Shown: in pieces, positions 58,296 through 62,953 of the stretch
How the letters are laid out: each line of letters begins with the position of its first letter
How positions within the stretch are numbered: position 1 is the first letter of the stretch
Origin: Candidatus Pacearchaeota archaeon
GTDB taxonomy: Archaea; Nanobdellota; Nanobdellia; Pacearchaeales; GW2011-AR1
DNA: 62,953 nt
Direction: 5' to 3'
Assembly: GCA_017609085.1 (NCBI GenBank)
Contig: JAFCEO010000001.1
Location: 1-62,953, forward strand
The notes under the pieces: model-generated
Database searches by the model: none
Told to the model about the DNA's origin: nothing
What the model saw: the letters and a program-made list of their open reading frames with translations, nothing else
Position numbers and translations under genes: made by a program

Positions 58296-60026
58296 TTAAA
58301 CGCCCCACGTCGGATTCTCTTTTCTCTTTATAGACGCTATCTCCTGTAAAACTTGAATTTCTTCCTGGTTTAGAAGTTCTTTATTGGCTTTAAATTCTCT
58401 ATATTGCGCCTCCCCAATATTTGAAAAAAGATATTCTATGTCTTTTAATCTTCTTTCGAAATTTATACCGGGTAAGCTTATTGCAACTTCTTCTCCTTTT
58501 TTAGCTTCTTCTACAGATTTTCCTTCTGATTGAACAGTTTTAACTTTAGCAACTTCTTTTCCTTCCTCGTCTATTAAAGAAATTCCTTGTTTTAGCGTTC
58601 CTCCTTCTACAGCTACTCCAAAAATGGCAGGATTGCTATTATGAAAAACATATTGGTGAAGAATTTTAAGTTTACATATAGCAGAAAGTTTCATTAATTT
58701 TTCCCTGTTCATTTCTTTTATTTTCTCTTCTCTAAGTTTTTCTAAATCTTCTATTAGTCTATAAATAACGTCATTTTTTAGAACTTTGATGTTGGTTGTT
58801 TTAATTAACTCCTTTACTTCTTCATCTTCCTTCACATTGAAGCCCAAAATTATAGCATCTAATGGGTTTGTCTCAAGATTGGTTTGTGCCGAAATTACGT
58901 CTATTTTGTTAATGTCTCCAATTCCTGCTTTCCCTACTTTTATATTTTCTTGCCTTAACATTAGAAGGAGGGCCTCTAAACTACCGAGAGAATCTGCCTT
59001 AACAATTATACCTTGTTTGTCAGTTTTTATATCTTTTGCAACCCCCTTAGACAAAGCCTCAATCTCTTTTTCGTTTTCAAAAGTTTGAAAAGGCATTCCT
59101 ACTAAAATTTCATGAGGTTCGGTCAATTGGAATCTTATGCCTGTCGCCGCGCTACATGAAAATACAGGTTTAAATTTATTAGACAAAGGCAAAACTTCTT
59201 CTAGAACTCTTATTTTACTAGTAACTGCTTTATCAAAAGATGCTATGGCAATTTCATCATTTCTTTTTAATATTCCATCATACAAAATAGCTTCAATATA
59301 GTTAAATGTTTTTTCTTTTTTTATTTCTAAAATGACGCCTTTTGCCTTTTCACTTAATGCAAGCCTTCCCCGCAAAAATTTCTGGCTTAATCCACATAAA
59401 ATCATTAATAATTCTGCTATGCCTTCGCCAGTTTTTCCAGAACAAGGAACTAAAGCGAGTTTAGTTGTGAAGTCTTTAACTTCCCAGTAAGGAGCAGCAT
59501 TAAAACCATGGCTGTAGAGAGCACCTTGTAAAGTTAACAATTTCTCTTTGAAATCTAAATTGACAGAAGAAGCTTGCATGTCGATATTTTCTTTTAAATT
59601 TTCACTAAGCTTTTGCCAGCCAGAAATTTTATCTATTTTATTTAAAGCTACTACAAAAGGAGTTTTGTTTAATTTTAAAATCTCGATAACTTCTGCTGTT
59701 TGTGGTTTAATTCCTTCATTAATATCAATAACAAGTATTGCTAAATCTGCGAGAGAGCCTCCTCTTTTTCTTAAGTTAGTAAATGCAGCGTGTCCAGGGG
59801 TATCTATAAAAAGGAAGCCCGGAATTTCTAGTTTTACATTATGCTTATCTATTAAAGGACATCTTTGCCTTAATTTAGATGCTGGAAATAATGTAAAAGA
59901 AATTTTTTGAGTTATGCCTCCTACTTCAGATTCAGCTACAGCTGTCCTTCTAATACTATCCAGTATTGTTGTTTTTCCATGATCAACATGACCTGCTATT
60001 GTGATAATTGGTTGACGTATTTTCAT
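58296..60026 (-). CDS. infB: Translation initiation factor aIF5B
   Basis: RQPII..GHVDHGKT, GGITQ, DTPGH, NKID, KADSLGSLEAL; ATG 60026. Confidence 0.96.
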   Translation of the reverse strand: MKIRQPIITIAGHVDHGKTTILDSIRRTAVAESEVGGITQKISFTLFPASKLRQRCPLIDKHNVKLEIPGFLFIDTPGHAAFTNLRKRGGSLADLAILVIDINEGIKPQTAEVIEILKLNKTPFVVALNKIDKISGWQKLSENLKENIDMQASSVNLDFKEKLLTLQGALYSHGFNAAPYWEVKDFTTKLALVPCSGKTGEGIAELLMILCGLSQKFLRGRLALSEKAKGVILEIKKEKTFNYIEAILYDGILKRNDEIAIASFDKAVTSKIRVLEEVLPLSNKFKPVFSCSAATGIRFQLTEPHEILVGMPFQTFENEKEIEALSKGVAKDIKTDKQGIIVKADSLGSLEALLLMLRQENIKVGKAGIGDINKIDVISAQTNLETNPLDAIILGFNVKEDEEVKELIKTTNIKVLKNDVIYRLIEDLEKLREEKIKEMNREKLMKLSAICKLKILHQYVFHNSNPAIFGVAVEGGTLKQGISLIDEEGKEVAKVKTVQSEGKSVEEAKKGEEVAISLPGINFERRLKDIEYLFSNIGEAQYREFKANKELLNQEEIQVLQEIASIKRKENPTWGV

Positions 60027-60076
60027 ATATTTTTTATTATAATATTCTTTAAAAATGTTCATGTAGACATATCTTT

Positions 60077-60370
60077 ATGACAAAATCTTATCAATATTGC
60101 GTTGTTTTGAGAAAGGGAGAAAATAGTGGGATAAGACAGTATAGATGGAGTTCTAGAGAAAAAATAGTTCTTGCAATGTATAAAATTTATTATTATCCTA
60201 AAAAAAATAGAGAAGACCTTTTTTCTCTCGTTTTAAAAGATTTTCAAAATGCAAAAGTTAAATTTAAAGCAGGAAGAATAGGTTCTTTAGAAATAGAAGC
60301 AGAGAGGGAAGATTTGGCAAATAAAGTAGCTGAATATTTAGGTTTGCCTCCACCTTTTAATTACGAATAA
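60077..60370 (+). CDS. Hypothetical protein
   Basis: Open frame, start uncertain. Confidence 0.45.
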   Translation: MTKSYQYCVVLRKGENSGIRQYRWSSREKIVLAMYKIYYYPKKNREDLFSLVLKDFQNAKVKFKAGRIGSLEIEAEREDLANKVAEYLGLPPPFNYE

Positions 60371-60653
60371 TCTTTCCTTTTTTTATTTTAATTCCTTCTT
60401 TCCGCAACAATTTAATTTTTATTTTTGGCTTAAATTTCCCTTTGAATGTATATCCTCCAATTTTACCGTCACTTCTTATTACTCTATGGCACGGAATTTT
60501 TATTGGTCTTGTATTTAAAGAAAGAATTTTTGCAACCGCTCTTGGAGATGTTTTAAATTTGTCTGCTATTTGTTTGTAAGTAAGAACTTTGCCTCTTGGA
60601 ATTTTTGAAACTTCTTTTAAAACTTTTTCTTTCAAGTTATTTTTATCTTTCAT
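60357..60653 (-). CDS. ogt: O6-methylguanine-DNA methyltransferase (C-terminal domain only)
   Basis: IPRGKVLTYKQIA, PRAVA, active site PCHRV. Confidence 0.9.
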   Translation of the reverse strand: MKDKNNLKEKVLKEVSKIPRGKVLTYKQIADKFKTSPRAVAKILSLNTRPIKIPCHRVIRSDGKIGGYTFKGKFKPKIKIKLLRKEGIKIKKGKIIRN

Positions 60654-61026
60654 TAGCTCTTAGAAGATAATTTTCAATTATATTGTTAAATTCCCTCGCA
60701 ATTTTTTTAACGAGTTCTTCTTTTTTATAGGGAAGACCATAAGTGTCATCAATGTGCAGGATTACTCTTCTTAAGTTGTTATTATTCGCGCATATGTCCG
60801 GTATGATATAATCTATTGAAACAGGGAAGTTTCTTATTATCTTTTTGCGCATGATTGAATATAATCTAAATGAATTTATTTCATATTTGTCCGACGTAAG
60901 ATTGAATTCTAAGTAAGGATCTTTTTTCTCTTTACCTCTGAAATTCCCTCTATAGAATTTTACATTTCTGATTCCGTTAATCTTTTCTAAGTTCTCTTTT
61001 AATTTTTTAGTAAGCTTTTCATCCAT
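60643..61026 (-). CDS. Hypothetical protein
   Basis: 127-aa ORF overlapping the ogt start. Confidence 0.6.
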   Translation of the reverse strand: MDEKLTKKLKENLEKINGIRNVKFYRGNFRGKEKKDPYLEFNLTSDKYEINSFRLYSIMRKKIIRNFPVSIDYIIPDICANNNNLRRVILHIDDTYGLPYKKEELVKKIAREFNNIIENYLLRANER

Positions 61027-61076
61027 ATTTTAACATAGATAGCAAGATATAAAAGCATTATTACATTAAAAAATAT

Positions 61077-61319
61077 ATGGAAAAATTAATAATTGCAGGG
61101 TTTATCGTTATGTTTATAGGGATATTATTAATAGTAGTTGGAAGTATTGGTTTAGCCTTGTTTGGAAAAGTTAAAGCTAAGAATGTTGACATAGGTATCG
61201 GAGGATTTATAGGTCCGATTCCTTTCGGATTTTTCACAAGTAAGAAGATATTTTTGATTTGGTTGTTATTTTTAATTTTTACTATAATAATTTGGTTTTT
61301 TATAAGGAACCGCCTTTAG
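61077..61319 (+). CDS. DUF131-like small membrane protein
   Basis: Two TM segments around GGFIGPIPFGF. Confidence 0.75.
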   Translation: MEKLIIAGFIVMFIGILLIVVGSIGLALFGKVKAKNVDIGIGGFIGPIPFGFFTSKKIFLIWLLFLIFTIIIWFFIRNRL

Positions 61320-61329
61320 AATTTTAAAG

Positions 61330-61635
61330 ATGCAAGTCAAATCAATTTCAGAAATTCAGAAAATTTACGATTTAGAATTAGATAAAATAGTTAAAACTAT
61401 AAAAAAGCAAAAAGCTAAACTCGTTCTTCTTCAATTTCCAGACGGTTTAAAACCTCATTCTACTGTTATTGCAAATGAAATTGAGAAAAAATGCAGAAAA
61501 GATAAAATGAATGTCAAGTGTTTAATTTGGTTTGGAAGCTGTTATGGGGCATGTGATGTTCCTATTCAAGTTGAAAAACTGAAACCGAAAATAGATTTGA
61601 TTGTTCAGTTTGGACATTCTAAATGGAAATTTTAA
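61330..61635 (+). CDS. dph2: Dph2 N-terminal domain only (diphthamide synthesis)
   Basis: VLLQFPDGLK, CYGACD, VQFGHS, then stop at residue 101. Confidence 0.85.
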   Translation: MQVKSISEIQKIYDLELDKIVKTIKKQKAKLVLLQFPDGLKPHSTVIANEIEKKCRKDKMNVKCLIWFGSCYGACDVPIQVEKLKPKIDLIVQFGHSKWKF

Positions 61636-61652
61636 GTAAAATTTACTCACAT

Positions 61653-62699
61653 TTATCCTCTTATTAAACTTATTCCACACTTTGGACATTTAAGTGTTGA
61701 GCAAGGAATTCCTTTTTCATGTTTTTGTCTATAACCACATTTCTTACATATACAATCACCGCCAGGACCGGCTCCTCTCGCTTCTTCAAATTCTTCTTTG
61801 AATTTTCCCCTCCTTCTCCATCCAAATCCTCTTCCAAAAGCAGGTTTGTAGTATCCTACTTCTACATGGTGGGACTTTATTTGGATAGATGTATACTCAA
61901 GATTTTTAATTTGAGATGTTAATTTTTCTTCTAGTTTTTTTGTTAAAGCTTCGGCTTCTTCTACTTTTAATTTTGCAGGGAGTCTAATTGTGATTTCTGC
62001 AAAAGCCTTGCTTCCCAGCTTTTGTGTTTTTAAATCAACTAAATCAATCTTTTCTTGTTTTAAAATTTCTCTAATTTTCTCTTCGGTTTCTTTATCTGAT
62101 TTACCTAATAAAGAATCTGTACTTTCTTTCCCAAGTTTAAATGCTTCTCTCGCCACATATAACCCAATTAATAAAGCAAGAAGAGAGTCGAGGTAAAGCC
62201 AATATTTTATAAAAAATAAACCAATGAAAACCCCCAAGGAAGTTAAAACATCTATTCTTGAATGAACTCCATCTGATATTAAACTTACACTATTGTATTT
62301 TTTCCCATAATATATTTTAAGTTTTGACATAATAAAATTAATTAAAGCAGAACTAGCCATAACAACAAATGCTACTGTTGATAAGGACGCTATTTCTGGT
62401 TTAAAGAAGCCTTTAATTGCATCATAAATAATAAATAAAGAAGAAATAAAAATAACTATTGTTATAATGAATCCAGATAGAACTTCTGCTTTTTCGTGTC
62501 CATATGGATGTTCTTTGTCAGCAGGTTTTTTTGCTGTTCTTATTCCTATATAGTTCACGACTGAAGCAAAAACATCTGTTCCTGAATTTATACCATCAGC
62601 CAATATCGAGTTTGCTTTTGCTAAAATTCCAATAATTATCTTGGCTACAGCTAATAAAAAATTTACAACAATTCCTAAGATTGATATTTTTTCTTTCAT
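61653..62699 (-). CDS. Cation diffusion facilitator with Gly/Arg- and Cys-rich C-terminal extension
   Basis: ADGINSGTD, KPADKEHPYGHEKAE, DGVHSRID; tail GRGFGWRRRG..GPGGDCICKKCG..C..CPKCG. Confidence 0.92.
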   Translation of the reverse strand: MKEKISILGIVVNFLLAVAKIIIGILAKANSILADGINSGTDVFASVVNYIGIRTAKKPADKEHPYGHEKAEVLSGFIITIVIFISSLFIIYDAIKGFFKPEIASLSTVAFVVMASSALINFIMSKLKIYYGKKYNSVSLISDGVHSRIDVLTSLGVFIGLFFIKYWLYLDSLLALLIGLYVAREAFKLGKESTDSLLGKSDKETEEKIREILKQEKIDLVDLKTQKLGSKAFAEITIRLPAKLKVEEAEALTKKLEEKLTSQIKNLEYTSIQIKSHHVEVGYYKPAFGRGFGWRRRGKFKEEFEEARGAGPGGDCICKKCGYRQKHEKGIPCSTLKCPKCGISLIRG

Positions 62700-62700
62700 G

Positions 62701-62953
62701 CTAAATTATCAATTTCTCTAAATTTCCTAAAATTTCCTCTGGAATTTTTACTGGCTTCTCTATATTTAATTTTACAAAAGCGTGCTCGATTTCTGCTGTT
62801 GCTTTTTCTTCTCCTTGATGGTACATTATTTCCTCTCCTCCATTTATTTGACTTTTATATTTGTAATTTGAAGCAACTACGAAAAGTCCAAGTCCTCTCT
62901 TTTTTAACTCGCTATCATAAATTCCTACTTTCCTTAAAGCCGAAACTCTCGCT
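62701..62953 (-). CDS. Partial acyl-CoA thioesterase-like (4HBT/YbgC) gene, 5' end outside the window
   Basis: ARVSALRKVG..LKKRGLGLFVVASNYKYK..ATAEIEHAFV..KPVKIPEEI, stop at 62701-62703. Confidence 0.55.
   Translation of the reverse strand, partial: ARVSALRKVGIYDSELKKRGLGLFVVASNYKYKSQINGGEEIMYHQGEEKATAEIEHAFVKLNIEKPVKIPEEILGNLEKLII

Noticed and set aside
1495..62196. Many short antisense or nested ORFs in the track (e.g. 14545-14970, 31381-31914, 41628-41960, 57190-57564, 59548-59910)
   Set aside because: They shadow well-supported genes and carry no motifs
1..62953. CRISPR array, rRNA, integrase or viral genes
   Set aside because: No regularly spaced repeats, rRNA-like tract, recombinase or capsid motifs recognised by eye
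62701..62953. Possible in-frame deletion in the thioesterase-like gene
   Set aside because: The gene is cut by the window edge and the family call is too weak to judge

Overview
AT-rich archaeal chromosome segment. FEN1, Dph5/Dph2, archaeal DTD, thermosome, aIF5B, Elp3, an archaeal-type ThrRS and BHB-intron tRNAs, together with the compact layout, suggest a DPANN lineage, probably Pacearchaeota/Woesearchaeota (inference). Most of the window is housekeeping: argS, ileS, trpS, thrS, OFOR alpha/beta, acs, tRNA-modification genes and 4 tRNAs (Thr-CGT, Asp-GTC, Tyr-GTA, Gly-GCC; the last three carry introns). The main accessory feature is an 8,065-bp cargo transposon (3395-11459) bounded by 24-bp imperfect TG...CA terminal inverted repeats and a perfect 9-bp target-site duplication (GATTTTTGA). 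Its transposase and six other genes are broken, but one tightly coupled four-gene operon is intact: an AsnRS/AsnA-like catalytic domain, a ProRS paralog with a degenerate motif 2, a SAM methyltransferase and a GT2 glycosyltransferase. It converges on a broken MccF-like S66 peptidase. This operon is my best candidate for an undescribed system (an aaRS-paralog biosynthetic or modification cluster). Other oddities: a bacterial FliA/WhiG-type sigma factor behind an archaeal promoter, a membrane-anchored degenerate class III cyclase, an 86-nt tRNA-Tyr intron, two unannotated microproteins, an MTAP-APRT fusion and a Dph2 N-terminal-only gene. All assignments come from reading motifs by eye; no searches were run.
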